Made by a program: the position numbers and the translations under genes
Part shown: positions 21,268 to 32,340 of the stretch, one piece after another
Position numbering within the stretch: position 1 is the first letter of the stretch
How the letters are laid out: the number at the start of each line of letters is the position of its first letter
From: Histomonas meleagridis 2922-C6/04-290x
Taxonomy: Eukaryota > Protista > Parabasalia
Length of the DNA: 64,000 bases
Direction: 5' to 3'
NCBI GenBank assembly: GCA_020184695.1
Contig: JAANOX010000126.1
Coordinates: forward strand, 1 to 64,000
Notes under the pieces: generated by a model
Databases searched by the model: none
What the model saw: the letters and a program-made list of their open reading frames with translations, nothing else
Told to the model about the DNA's origin: nothing

Positions 21268-23649
21268 ATGTCTTTGCCTGGTGGCTGGGAAGTTGTTCCT
21301 CCAGTTCAACAATCTGGAGGAATTCCTCGCTTTTACTATCGCAAGCAATCTAACCCACCTATTTCACAATGGACTCGTCCGTTTGCACCACCTGGTTACG
21401 AAGGAAATTGGCCTACAATTATTCATTGTGCCCATATTCTTCTCAAGCACAAAGAATGTAAACAACCTCTAAGTCACAATAAGCGTAAGCGATCAAATTA
21501 TAGTTTAAATATTTCAAAAGAACAAGCGCTTAAAGAAATCAGGAAAATCCGTGATACTGTCATTGATCGCAGTTCCACAGACCCAGGTATTTTTAGTGTT
21601 TATGCAGAGCGTAAATCTGATTGCGGTTCATATTCTGCAGGTGGTGATTTAAAGTGGACAAAAATCGGTAAACTTCAACCAGCCTTTGAAAAGGCAGCCC
21701 TCCAACTTAAATGTGGCGAAATTTCCGAGCCTACTTTATCACCCTCAGGCTGGCATATAATTAAACGACTTGATGTAACTTTTGGGATTTCGCCACCAAA
21801 TCCACCACCACCACCAGAGCTTGAATTAGATCTTCGCCCTGACACCGACCTACGTACTATTCAATTAATATATAATTTAATGTATAATACTGAAATTGAT
21901 CCAACCAATTCCAAGAATTGGATGGAGTTAATCAACACATATCTTTCAGCCACGCATGAATTCACACGTACTGCGGAACGATTTCTCCGCGGTCTTTTAC
22001 ATTTCCATCCTGGCGATTTTCAAGTTATTTCTTTTTGTTTAGAAAAAGTTAAAGAGCAAAGGCAGAACAAATTTGTTGATGAGATCTATGGTACAGTTTT
22101 ATTATACACATGGGATCCCAATTTCTGGCGCATGTGGATGCAAGATCAATTATCACGTATTCCAACCGAAGACCGGAGCAAAATGTTCATAAAATATAAC
22201 GAAGAAATGTTAGGGCGAGTTGGGTTCACTGTGAATTGCGCTACGTTATGGGTACAATATATTGGACTCTTGAAAGAAGCAAATGCGCCAACTGACTTCA
22301 TTACTATGCAATTAGAGAAGGCATTATCGATAGGTCTAGACAAACCTAATAAGTTATTAGATTACTTGGATAGTTATTTACCAGAGAAGAGACAATTTTA
22401 TGAAGAGAAGATCCAAGCGAATAAGAAAATTGTCGAAAGAAGACTTAAAAGACTTCAAGACATTAAGAATGGAATGGTGAAAGGCGAATCAGACAAACGC
22501 CTAATCGAATGGCAAATATTTTTACGAGAAGAACTTAACAATGAATTAGAGTTACCTGAAGAATTGTTTTGTGAATTAGTTGACTATAATTATCGATTTG
22601 CTTTATCAGTGTTATGGTGGCTGCCATCGATATGGATGGAGTATTGGAGTTTCTTGATCAAGAACAACAAGATCGATCATGCTGACGCTATATTACGCTT
22701 AGGCCGTAAGTCAATTGGTAACACGCCATTATTTGAGTTGAAACGTGTAGAGCATTTGATCAAATATGAGAAATATGATGAAGCAAAAGAGATATTAGAG
22801 AAATTGATCAAGTCACAAGAGCCTTTAAGGACTTCAGCATTGACATTATTGTTTAAAGCAACTTCTAATTTGGTGAATGAAGAAGAAGCATTACATGTAA
22901 TATCAAATAACTTGGATAAACTGAGCCCACAATTCCTAATTAACGCAGCAAAACTTTGCGAAAATAAAATGATCGCGTGGAGCATATTCCAACGTGGCGT
23001 AGATATGTTCCCTGATGATGACTCAATGGTCATCGCGGCTGCTGAATTCTTGGAGAAGAATAGAGACGTTAGAAACACTCGAAGTTTGTTCCAACAAAGT
23101 TTGGATGATAAAACAGTGAGATTCGAAATCCAAAAAAGATTATACGAATTCGAACTTGAAAGAAATGCATCACTCGATCACTTGAATGAAACACAAAAAG
23201 TGTTCAAGAAAAGTGACGTCGATCCGTTTATTTTGTATATGCAAAGATATCGTTTTTTGGATTTGTATCCTTATGATTTAGAAGACTTAAAAGTCATCGC
23301 TCATTTGTCGAAAAACGTTTCAATCGACTTAATAGATAGACAAGATTATTCTGGATACATTACAAGTATGCCACCGATGGGTGCAAACTTGAGTCAGCTA
23401 AAAAGAAATGACGAATGGCTCGAGGAATCAAGCGAAAACTTGAGAAGAGCAACAACGATAGAACAAACTTTGCCAAATCAGCAGGGACCGTTAAACGTAA
23501 AGAAAAGAATGCCACAGGAAGTGCACCATTTGTATAGAGATATACAAAACTGTCAAATTCACTTCCAACCGCCGTCGGTTGATGAGGTGATAAATAGAAT
23601 TTTGGGATTCACGATTCAAGATCCGCATTCTTTGGTGAGACAATATTAA
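21268..23649 (+). CDS. Pin1/Ess1-type WW + parvulin PPIase fused to a CstF-77/Rna14-type HAT-repeat protein
   Basis: WW: LPGGWE...FYYRK...SQWTRP. Parvulin: HCAHILLKH, SDCGSYSAGGDL, LQPAFEKAA, GWHIIKR. A PPNPPPPP linker follows, then HAT repeats and the CstF77-like C-terminal YMQRYRFLDLYPYDLEDLK. Single uninterrupted ORF. Confidence 0.85.
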   Translation: MSLPGGWEVVPPVQQSGGIPRFYYRKQSNPPISQWTRPFAPPGYEGNWPTIIHCAHILLKHKECKQPLSHNKRKRSNYSLNISKEQALKEIRKIRDTVIDRSSTDPGIFSVYAERKSDCGSYSAGGDLKWTKIGKLQPAFEKAALQLKCGEISEPTLSPSGWHIIKRLDVTFGISPPNPPPPPELELDLRPDTDLRTIQLIYNLMYNTEIDPTNSKNWMELINTYLSATHEFTRTAERFLRGLLHFHPGDFQVISFCLEKVKEQRQNKFVDEIYGTVLLYTWDPNFWRMWMQDQLSRIPTEDRSKMFIKYNEEMLGRVGFTVNCATLWVQYIGLLKEANAPTDFITMQLEKALSIGLDKPNKLLDYLDSYLPEKRQFYEEKIQANKKIVERRLKRLQDIKNGMVKGESDKRLIEWQIFLREELNNELELPEELFCELVDYNYRFALSVLWWLPSIWMEYWSFLIKNNKIDHADAILRLGRKSIGNTPLFELKRVEHLIKYEKYDEAKEILEKLIKSQEPLRTSALTLLFKATSNLVNEEEALHVISNNLDKLSPQFLINAAKLCENKMIAWSIFQRGVDMFPDDDSMVIAAAEFLEKNRDVRNTRSLFQQSLDDKTVRFEIQKRLYEFELERNASLDHLNETQKVFKKSDVDPFILYMQRYRFLDLYPYDLEDLKVIAHLSKNVSIDLIDRQDYSGYITSMPPMGANLSQLKRNDEWLEESSENLRRATTIEQTLPNQQGPLNVKKRMPQEVHHLYRDIQNCQIHFQPPSVDEVINRILGFTIQDPHSLVRQY

Positions 23650-23650
23650 A
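23647..23650 (+). promoter_or_regulatory. TAAA polyadenylation-signal-like motif overlapping the stop codon (same pattern at eIF2-gamma, ARL6IP1-like, BEACH, CCDC113, BspA and Sec24 stops)
   Basis: These genes end in TAA followed by A. UAAA overlapping the stop is the described Trichomonas vaginalis poly(A) signal. High AT content weakens the inference. Confidence 0.4.
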
Positions 23651-25521
23651 TAAATAAAATATTATTATGAGGGTGCTTAATTTGTATTAGGGTCGGTTTT
23701 TTTACTCAGAAGAAAAGAATTCTTAAGAGGGACTGTGGCCGTTTTTTATTAAATTTTCGAGAGCAGTGTAAGCGAAAAAAACTCACAAAAAATGAATATT
23801 ATCCTTAATAAAATCAAGCCAAATTTTTTCTATGTTACAGAGGTACCTTAATAAATATAATTTTATAATTTATTTTAAAAAAATTTGAAATCGCAAATTT
23901 ACTGATTTTTTTGAAATTCTCAAAATATTGAAAAATTTTTATTATAATTGAATATTTTGGTTCATTTATTATCAAATAATAGTGAAGTTAAAATGGAATT
24001 GTTTTTATATTACAAAAAATTCCACAATGGTATTTTAAAATTTGAAGTACCATTAAATAATCAATATTTTGTATTTATAACAGCTTTATCAAATTTCTTT
24101 AATACATTTTAGAGAAATTTTCCATTCAAGCAAAGACAAATATATATGATGATGTGACATGTGAATTGAAATACATTTTAAAATATCACAAAAACATGAA
24201 AAAAAGATTTTAATGAAATTAATGGATACTCTATAATAAAAATCAGAAGAATTTTGATTATTGTAAATGTTATTCTTTAAAATAATGCATTTCTTTATTG
24301 AAATGCATTTATTGTAAATTTTGACAAAAATAGAAAATAAATAGAATTTAATGATATTACATCAGCAACTTCAATTTAGAAGTATATGTTGAATAATATT
24401 TACATAAAACAATTATGTTATATCAACAAAAATGAACAAAAGGCTGTGGCAACATGTTTCTTTGTGGTAATGCGGTTTTTGAGTTGACTTTTTGTGTGCA
24501 ATGCTAACTTTTTGTAAGCAAATATTTGGAATCAAAAAAGAAACGAATGAATTCACTTAAAGACATGTGATATAGGGTTTAATCTTTATGTTTATTAATA
24601 TTTTCAAGTTATATAAAAATCCCATTGTGGAATTTTTCGCTTACACTACTTTTAAATATTATGTGAATATTTTTAATGATTATTCGTATTAGATAAAGAA
24701 TTGTTTTTATAAGTTTGGTAGATCTGCAAATAACATGTTTTCAAGTGCACAAGTATAAGCGATTTAAACATATATTATACATGTATAATTAATCGTAAAA
24801 ATTGATTTTCTGCAATTTCCTATACTCAAAATTCATGTTCATTTACACATTATTTAAAGATTCATTAAACACTTCTGAAGTACGGGAGTCAACCAACGAT
24901 CCTACTTACAGAATTTCTTTTAAATATAAAGTTAAATGCACAATCATTAATACTGATCAGGCTATCCTAAAAAATCTTCTAACACAATTATACAGCAAAA
25001 TATTTATATTTTTAATTTTTGGAATTTAATTGAAAAAGCTTTGTAAAAAAATGAATACCGGGATGAAATTATGAGTTGTATAAAGTTGGTTGATTTTTAC
25101 TCATTTTAAGTTTAGATTAAGTAATTATCTTTGTAGAATATCTTGATTTAATATTTTGAAAATCTAGTTCGAGTAACTCTTAATTTTTAATTGTATTTCT
25201 GCTTTTTATTGGATTTTTTCCTATATATACAGTGATATCACTTCTGATCAAACCCTACAATAAATTATTTTCCTATTTATCCAATTCTCAATTTTTTTTG
25301 TTCATCATCTCGAACCAAATTATATATAGCACTTTCTCTAGAGAAAATACATGCCCTAAGAGTTTGAAAATTTTAATAATAATAATTCTACACTTGTCTA
25401 CTTCACCTCTTGATGATTTAAAACATCCTTCTTCAAATACATCTGTTTCACATAAACTCCTATGAACTTTATCATCATTTTAATTATTCCATCCTTTTGA
25501 TAGGATAAACTTTCAACATAT

Positions 25522-25729
25522 ATTGTTAAATTACTTCTTGAACAATAAGGAATTGATATTAATGCTAAAGACATTTACTAGTTTTATGATTGATATGAAT
25601 TTTAATAATTTAACATTTTAAAATAATATTCGGAATTTATTTAAAGTATTTAAAACAGCATTGATGCATGCATATAACTATAATCATGAAGAAATAAAAA
25701 AGTTACTTGAGGAAAAAAATAATAAATAA
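25522..25729 (+). pseudogene. C-terminal fragment of an ankyrin gene with one 82-nt spacer and a premature TAA (25546-25548)
   Basis: IVKLLLEQ*GIDINAKD-[82 nt]-TALMHAYNYNHEEIKKLLEEKNNK*. No 5' part of the gene is present upstream. Confidence 0.8.
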
Positions 25730-25899
25730 TTATTTGTTATATTGATGATTCAATAAACATTTAATTTAAACATTTTTTTTGATTGAATTTAGCTTTAAAA
25801 TAAATTTTATTTTTGTAGAGAATTATTTAGTTTTAACATTAATAGAACTTCAAATTAAAAAATCCAGCGAAATATTTTTATAAAGAAATTAATAACATT

Positions 25900-27240
25900 T
25901 TATTTACTTGATGATATTTCTTTTGGCACTATTTGCCCAAAGAATTCACAGCAAGACAAAACAAATGAATAATCGCCACGCCAATTAAAATCAATTTGAA
26001 CGATTCGAAACATTCTATAAAACTCATCAGCATTACAACTGAATGACATAGCATTATATCCACCATTTAACTCTAACATATCTTTTCTCTCGTCTATCAT
26101 TTTCCATTTTCTTCCATCATTAGACGCTTCTAAAGCCCACGATTTCAGATGCCCTTCTCCTTTACTTCCTCCTGAAGTCCTTAGAGTATAAGCAGTTGGC
26201 TTCATAAATCTTGGTGCAAAATCATACATTACCCATTGATTAGGTGCGTCACCTTTACTGTACCAAACTGAATGTTCACAATCCAAATTTAAAAGGTTTT
26301 GCGGATTAAAATATTCATAATGCGTAGATGAAACCTCAACACGAATTTCAGGTGTATGTGAATGACTTAAAATATAATGAATGATGCCATCAATGGATTT
26401 GTTTTGTGGAAGTGTAATAGTAAGTTGATTATCGTCTGTAATATATTTGGAAACGCTTTTTACTTGTGTAATAAGTCGGCGTTTTGGTGTGGGATTTTGC
26501 TTTTCTTGTTTTGAACGAGCAATTAATAAATGCGACTCAATGCATGAGTGAGAACATAGTGAAAGAAGCGCATCACTACTTAAATAAGCGAGTTGTAGCC
26601 TGTCAACAAGACCAGAAAAATCTGATCCACGATCTTGAATTATCTTGGAAACCCAAAAACAAAGAGAATCTTCACTTTCAACCTCGATTTCGTCACGAGA
26701 TAGAATTTGATCAAGAACATCAAATGGAAGTGAAAGAATATCTTCGCGATACATCATTTCATTAAAGTGAGAACATATATAAGATATATGGGGCTCTATA
26801 TTACCATTAGATTCTTTGATAAAAAGAAGAGATGGGATCATCGAATCAGGAGTAAAAGTTGATTCAAGACATTCTTGTGAAGCAGAGAGTAAATCTTTAA
26901 TACCAAGTGCACTAGATATAAGATATGTAATAGCACAATTTTGAGATGTTAAGTTAAAATCATTCCCATAAAAATAGTCAATAATTTTAGGAAATACATG
27001 AAGATCATCATGAATTTCAAATGAGATTACATTTTGTTGAGGATTTGATGAAATAATTTCCAGAATTTTAGGAGAGATTGCAGAGGCAACAATTGAATGA
27101 CACTTATATTCTTCTTCATTATTCTTAATCACAATATCAGTTGGAATAGGACCATTTTGGAGTGACTTAAAACTTGCTTGGGGTGAGGATATTATACGTT
27201 CAGTTATCATCTTTGAGGATGAACATTTTTGGCGCCACAA
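25900..27240 (-). CDS. BTB/POZ-BACK + F5/8 type C (discoidin) domain protein (first ATG 27210)
   Basis: Motifs: TDIVIKNNEEEYKCHSIVASAISPKI (BTB), VESEDSLCFWV (BACK) and NQWVMYDF...YTLRT...LKSWALEASNDGRKW...YRMFRIVQ (discoidin). Confidence 0.85.
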   Translation of the reverse strand: MWRQKCSSSKMITERIISSPQASFKSLQNGPIPTDIVIKNNEEEYKCHSIVASAISPKILEIISSNPQQNVISFEIHDDLHVFPKIIDYFYGNDFNLTSQNCAITYLISSALGIKDLLSASQECLESTFTPDSMIPSLLFIKESNGNIEPHISYICSHFNEMMYREDILSLPFDVLDQILSRDEIEVESEDSLCFWVSKIIQDRGSDFSGLVDRLQLAYLSSDALLSLCSHSCIESHLLIARSKQEKQNPTPKRRLITQVKSVSKYITDDNQLTITLPQNKSIDGIIHYILSHSHTPEIRVEVSSTHYEYFNPQNLLNLDCEHSVWYSKGDAPNQWVMYDFAPRFMKPTAYTLRTSGGSKGEGHLKSWALEASNDGRKWKMIDERKDMLELNGGYNAMSFSCNADEFYRMFRIVQIDFNWRGDYSFVLSCCEFFGQIVPKEISSSK

Positions 27241-27585
27241 TTTTTAACTTTTTTGTTCCAGCTTGAAATTAAATGATGAAAAAAACGAGGTTTTAAAACT
27301 TGTTTCACCATTACATATATAATGATATTATATTGTGAAAATTAATTTTTTAAAATACATGTATTAATGAAATTTTTTCACAAATTAAAAAGCTTAATGA
27401 AATAGAAAAATTATGTTTTATCTTAAATTTACTCATAAAGTGTTATGAATTGAGTCGTAGACAATGAACATTGTGGAATGCTTTTTATCGCATATTTGAC
27501 AAACCGTTACGAATTTGATTAAATTAATAAAGTATTGAAAATGGGTAAAATTTGGAAGGGTAATTTACACGGAAAATAATTTTTG

Positions 27586-28785
27586 ATGAATCTCCAATTT
27601 TTGACTTCTTTTGGCGACCACGTTCCTCTAAATCAATTTAAACCAGATGACACAATATCCTCACTTGCGTTTAGTAGTGATGGACAATTTCTAGCTTCCG
27701 GTGATAATGCTGGAAGAGTTGTTTTTTTCAAAGTAGGGCAAGGACCCAGACCAACAGTTTCTTTTGCAACACAAGCTCATGCACATAAAGCAGAATTTGA
27801 TTACTTCAGAAGTGAGTTAAGCGAAATGAAAGTAAATTCTCTTAAATGGATTCCACGTCAAACATTAAATCCACTTTTGTTAACATGCAATAGCCATGAT
27901 GCCAAATTGTGGAGATTCAATACCGATGCAAAGATTTCTTGGGATGATTTCGATACATCCCAATCATTTGACACTTTTATCTTTCCTACAATCCGTCAAA
28001 CAGACAATAGATATAGCACTGAATGTGTTCACACATTTTTTGATACACAAATTGAATATATAGTTGATTTACAAACATTAGTCGATCAAAATTCATTTCT
28101 AATGGTCGACATATCCTGTGTAAAACTTTGGGATATTGAACGCCAAGTCAATTCTGTCTGTCTTTGCAAAGTATCACAACAAGAACCAGAAATTACAACA
28201 TCTGGAGTTGATCCACGAAATCCATCCACATTTGTAATAGGCGATGACTATGGCTTTGTTAAGCTATTTGATATGCGGCAACAAGCCGAAGACCTCACAC
28301 CTATATTTGATATTGATACTCATAATTTCGCAAGTCAACATATGCAAATTGATGGCTGTGAATGTGTTGGCAGTATTGTCTTTGCACCTGAGGGCAATTA
28401 TTTCGCTGTTCGAAGGTTTGGCGATGTCCAAATTTGGGACGTTCGTAATGTCTCTTCACCCGCATCTAAACTTGACGTGCAATGGTTCCCCAACAAAATG
28501 AACTGGCTCATTGAAGACGATTATGTTAAGGATCAGTTCCGGACCACGTTCACACGTAAGGGGAAACTTGTCACCGGATGTTATTCTGCCGATTTCGTAT
28601 CATGGAATTGGAAGAATCAAAAGACATCACAACATAAGGCAGTAAGCGCAAGAATGCCAAGATTACCACCTGAGTTAGGAAGTGATTTTAATAAGAGAGT
28701 GACTGTTTGCGAGGCACATCCAACGGAAGAAGTGGTGGCAGTCGTGTCAACGGCAGCGCTTTTCTTGTTCTATGAACCGAAGTAA
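27586..28785 (+). CDS. PP2A regulatory subunit B55 (PPP2R2/CDC55 family, WD40)
   Basis: Motifs: DDTISSLAFSSDGQFLASGDNAGRVVFF, HKAEFDYFRSELSEMKVNSLKW and DFNKRVTVCEAHP...AVVSTAALFLF. Confidence 0.88.
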   Translation: MNLQFLTSFGDHVPLNQFKPDDTISSLAFSSDGQFLASGDNAGRVVFFKVGQGPRPTVSFATQAHAHKAEFDYFRSELSEMKVNSLKWIPRQTLNPLLLTCNSHDAKLWRFNTDAKISWDDFDTSQSFDTFIFPTIRQTDNRYSTECVHTFFDTQIEYIVDLQTLVDQNSFLMVDISCVKLWDIERQVNSVCLCKVSQQEPEITTSGVDPRNPSTFVIGDDYGFVKLFDMRQQAEDLTPIFDIDTHNFASQHMQIDGCECVGSIVFAPEGNYFAVRRFGDVQIWDVRNVSSPASKLDVQWFPNKMNWLIEDDYVKDQFRTTFTRKGKLVTGCYSADFVSWNWKNQKTSQHKAVSARMPRLPPELGSDFNKRVTVCEAHPTEEVVAVVSTAALFLFYEPK

Positions 28786-28981
28786 GAAAACAGAAATGTC
28801 ATAGAGAGTAATCTAAACACATTATAAAGTAAAAGTATTGGAATTCATATTTATTAGAATGGGACAATATAAAGTTGGAAACAGTGCATTATTTGGATGT
28901 ATTCTATCATTACGTAATACGTTTTGGAGTTTATAGTTATTTTTATTTTTAAAAGGACTTTTATGGCTTTGTTTTCAGGTA

Positions 28982-29054
28982 ACACCTATAGCATAATGGA
29001 TAATGCGCCTCCCTTCTAAGGAGGAGACTCTGGGTTCGAGTCCCCGTAGGTGTG
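28982..29054 (+). tRNA. tRNA-Arg(TCT), intronless
   Basis: Hand-folded cloverleaf: acceptor ACACCTA/TAGGTGT, D stem GCAT/ATGC, anticodon stem CCTCC/GGAGG with loop CT-TCT-AA, T loop TTCGAGT. There is one T-stem mismatch. The Arg identity base A20 is present. Confidence 0.93.
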
Positions 29055-29060
29055 TTTTTT
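29055..29060 (+). terminator. RNA polymerase III terminator (T6)
   Basis: TTTTTT directly follows the tRNA discriminator base. Confidence 0.8.
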
Positions 29061-29406
29061 AATGACTTTTTATATTTCAATGTGTTTTAATCAAAAGAGA
29101 AGAAAATTTTGGTTTCTCTTTTAATCGATTTTATGCTTGTTTTTTTGCTTACTTGAATCTCCAAAAAACTTCCTTGTCCTTTTATACTCAATAAATATCT
29201 TAAAGGAAGGTTTTATCTTTTGTGATTTGTGACTGATTTATAAATCATTTGATATTGAACACTTTTACTCAAAAACATAAGAAAGGAAAAGATTCAGAAA
29301 CTCATTTATATATGAAACCACTCAAAATGACCCTTAAACTTTCGATGGAAAATTTGAATCGTAATTTTGCTTCTAACCGCAAAAAAAGCGGCTTTGACAT
29401 TTGGCC

Positions 29407-30741
29407 ATGATTGATGTTTCTAAGCTATCACCACTCTCACCAGAAATTATTATAAACCAATCTACCATTAACATTGGTACAATTGGTCACGTTGCACACG
29501 GTAAAACTACAGTTGTTCGTGCTCTCTCAGGTGTTACAACAATTCGAACCAAAAAAGAACTCGAAAGAAATATTACAATTCGATTAGGTTATGCAAATGC
29601 CAAAATTTATCAATGTCCTAAATGTCCAGCACCAGATTGTTATATTTCTAAATCTTCAGCAATTTTGAAAGATCCAAAATGTCCAAAATGTGGCTCCACT
29701 GTTGAACTCATTCGTCACATTTCATTTGTCGATTGTCCAGGTCACGATGTTTTAATGGCAACAATGCTTAACGGTACAGCTGTTATGGATGCAGCACTTC
29801 TATTGATTGCAGCAAACGAACCATGCCCACAACCACAAACAAGTGAACACCTTGCAGCTGTCGAAATTATGAATCTCAAACATTTAATTATTCTTCAAAA
29901 TAAGATTGATCTTGTTCGTCAAGAAGAAGCCACAGATCAATATGCAGCTATTCTCAAATATACATCAACCACAGCTGCCAAAGGCTCACCAATTGTTCCA
30001 ATTTCAGCTCAACTTGGATTTAACATTGATTATGTTGTTGAACACATCGTCAAAACAATTCCAGTTCCAATGCGCGACTACAGTGCTCCACCACGAATGA
30101 TTGTTATCCGTTCATTCGATGTTAACAAGCCAGGTACAGATGTCAGAAAAATAGAGGGAGGAATTGCCGGTGGTTCAATTCTTGAAGGCTGCCTTCGTCT
30201 TGGTGATGAAATTGAAGTCAGACCAGGCACACTTGAGAAGACATCAGAAGGTACATTCTGCAGAATTCGGAGGTGTCGAATTGTTTCGCTCAAAGCAGAA
30301 AACAATTCACTTGAATTTGCGGTTCCTGGTGGTTTGATCGGCGTTGGGACCACCCTTGATCCTTCACTTTGCCGTGCCGATAAGTTGGCAGGCCAAGTTT
30401 TGGGGCGCCCCGGAACACTTCCAGAAATTTACATACAGTTAACGGTCTCCTTCACACTTTTCCAAAGACTTCTTGGTGTTGTTCAAGCCAAAGGTCCTGC
30501 AGATACAAAGATTACCCCACTAAAGAATCACGAAGTCCTTATGGTAAATGTTGGATCAACATCTACCGGTGGACAAATCATTGGATTTGCAAATAATTTT
30601 GCTGTGATCAATTTGAAGGAACCAGTTTGTACATCTGTTGGAGAAAGAATTGCATTGTCTCGTAAAGTAGAAACAACATGGAGATTAATCGGATGGGCTA
30701 AGATCCTTAAAGGCGAAACAGTTCCTGTGCTTCAACCATAA
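29407..30741 (+). CDS. EIF2S3: Eukaryotic translation initiation factor 2 subunit gamma
   Basis: Motifs: [67 protein letters not shown] and WRLIGW. Confidence 0.97.
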   Translation: MIDVSKLSPLSPEIIINQSTINIGTIGHVAHGKTTVVRALSGVTTIRTKKELERNITIRLGYANAKIYQCPKCPAPDCYISKSSAILKDPKCPKCGSTVELIRHISFVDCPGHDVLMATMLNGTAVMDAALLLIAANEPCPQPQTSEHLAAVEIMNLKHLIILQNKIDLVRQEEATDQYAAILKYTSTTAAKGSPIVPISAQLGFNIDYVVEHIVKTIPVPMRDYSAPPRMIVIRSFDVNKPGTDVRKIEGGIAGGSILEGCLRLGDEIEVRPGTLEKTSEGTFCRIRRCRIVSLKAENNSLEFAVPGGLIGVGTTLDPSLCRADKLAGQVLGRPGTLPEIYIQLTVSFTLFQRLLGVVQAKGPADTKITPLKNHEVLMVNVGSTSTGGQIIGFANNFAVINLKEPVCTSVGERIALSRKVETTWRLIGWAKILKGETVPVLQP

Positions 30742-31135
30742 AGCAACTAAAGAATTTTTTATTTTTTCTTCTTTAACTCAAATCATAGTATAAAGTGACA
30801 ATTGGAACTTTCCGCTCAACACATCAGAATAACCGCTACAGATATTTCAAAAAGTTTGAAAGTTTCACTACTTTACATTTCTGTCATTTAAAAATCAATT
30901 TTTTGCATTTGTTCTTTTTTGTTTGAAATAAGTGTTTTAATCTCATAATATTCATGTAATCCGAATGAATTTATAAAAATGAATTCATAACTAATATATA
31001 TTACTATAATGTATTTTGAAATACAAAGGTATTTTTGTTTTTTTCGAACACTTAACTTTTTTCTATTTGATGTTTCATATAGAAAACGGTCTCCACTCAA
31101 AATTCAAACAAACAAAATTTGAGAACATTATAGAA

Positions 31136-31906
31136 ATGCCTGAGGATCCAAAACAACCACCTACATTGGCTGATATACTTCGTCCATACGAAGAAACCAT
31201 CACCCGCATGCAAGAAGTTTTCTTATTCAAGCGTCCACTTGTCCTCATTCTGATCTTAGTTGGTATTCTTGCATTTTATATATTTGTCAAAAGCTCAGAA
31301 GCAGGATTCTTTGCTGTCATTGCTCTGTTCTTTGTTGTTATTTATGCTGTCTCCATTATTTGGACATATCTTAAGAATTTCCTATCCAAATATCTTTTCA
31401 AGCCACTTCCAGCAGATGACCCAACAGCTTCTAACCGTGTTCGTACATTAGAAGAATTTTGTGATTTCCTCGAGAAAGCAAAGAAGTTTATCAGCGGATC
31501 TGAAAACCAAACAAAGAAATCCTCATTAAGAAGGATTATTGTAGCCGCTGTTTCCTTCACATTTGCATTCATATTCACTAAGGTTGATCCATTTTACTTC
31601 AATCTCGTTTTTACATATATCGCAATCTTACTCCCAGGAATACTCCTCCATCCAGCCGTGAACAAGCTAATCTATAAGAAGAAGGTTGACCTCAAAGAAC
31701 CAAGAAAAGAAGAAGCTCCAAAAGAACCACAACCTGAACAACCAGAACCAGAGCCACAATCAACTCAACCAGAACAAGAACAAGAAGAACCTCAACCAGA
31801 AGCACTCATGGCACGCGATGTAAAAATTGAGGATGTTCAAAATGAAAAGAAAGAGAATTCTTCCTCTTCATCTTCCTCTTCATCTGATAACGAAGATAAC
31901 AATTAA
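31136..31906 (+). CDS. Reticulon-like/ARL6IP1-like ER membrane-shaping protein with acidic P/Q/E tail
   Basis: Two long hydrophobic hairpin segments and LRPYEETITRMQEVFLFKRP. The ATG at 31136 is preferred over the ORF-track start. Confidence 0.55.
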   Translation: MPEDPKQPPTLADILRPYEETITRMQEVFLFKRPLVLILILVGILAFYIFVKSSEAGFFAVIALFFVVIYAVSIIWTYLKNFLSKYLFKPLPADDPTASNRVRTLEEFCDFLEKAKKFISGSENQTKKSSLRRIIVAAVSFTFAFIFTKVDPFYFNLVFTYIAILLPGILLHPAVNKLIYKKKVDLKEPRKEEAPKEPQPEQPEPEPQSTQPEQEQEEPQPEALMARDVKIEDVQNEKKENSSSSSSSSSDNEDNN

Positions 31907-32340
31907 AACATCAAATTTTGATCTATTTCGTTTTGAAAATGTGTTTTGAAGTAAAGTGGAATTATTTGAACTGCCTTAAAAAGTGCGCTGTGGTTTTGTC
32001 GGTTTTGAATTCAAAAAGTAATTACGATACAATGGTATGATATTAAAACACCTTTATCTTGTTTGTTTTTAAGGTTCTTAGTGAACTAAAAGCAATTATC
32101 AACACTATAAAAATTAAATATTTAAATTTTAATTTCTGGAGTTTATTAGTGTAATTTTTTTCCCAATGTTCATTTCTTTATTTTGCTTTGATATTGAATC
32201 CATTTTTTTTTTGCTGCTTTCTCATTTATCTGAAGGAGTTTTCAAGCATTATATTACATGAGTCTAAACATGCAAAAATTCCTCTGTCACTTTTTTCAGA
32301 TACTCTGAAAAAGTAAAACATTTAATATTTTCCTTATCAG

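Noticed and set aside
23650-25520. About 1.9-kb gene-free AT-rich stretch with short coding-like pieces (e.g. minus strand DKVHRSLCETDVFEEGCFKSSRG)
   Set aside because: It has many stops, no recognisable transposase or other motif and no terminal repeats; it may be decayed DNA but I cannot support a call.
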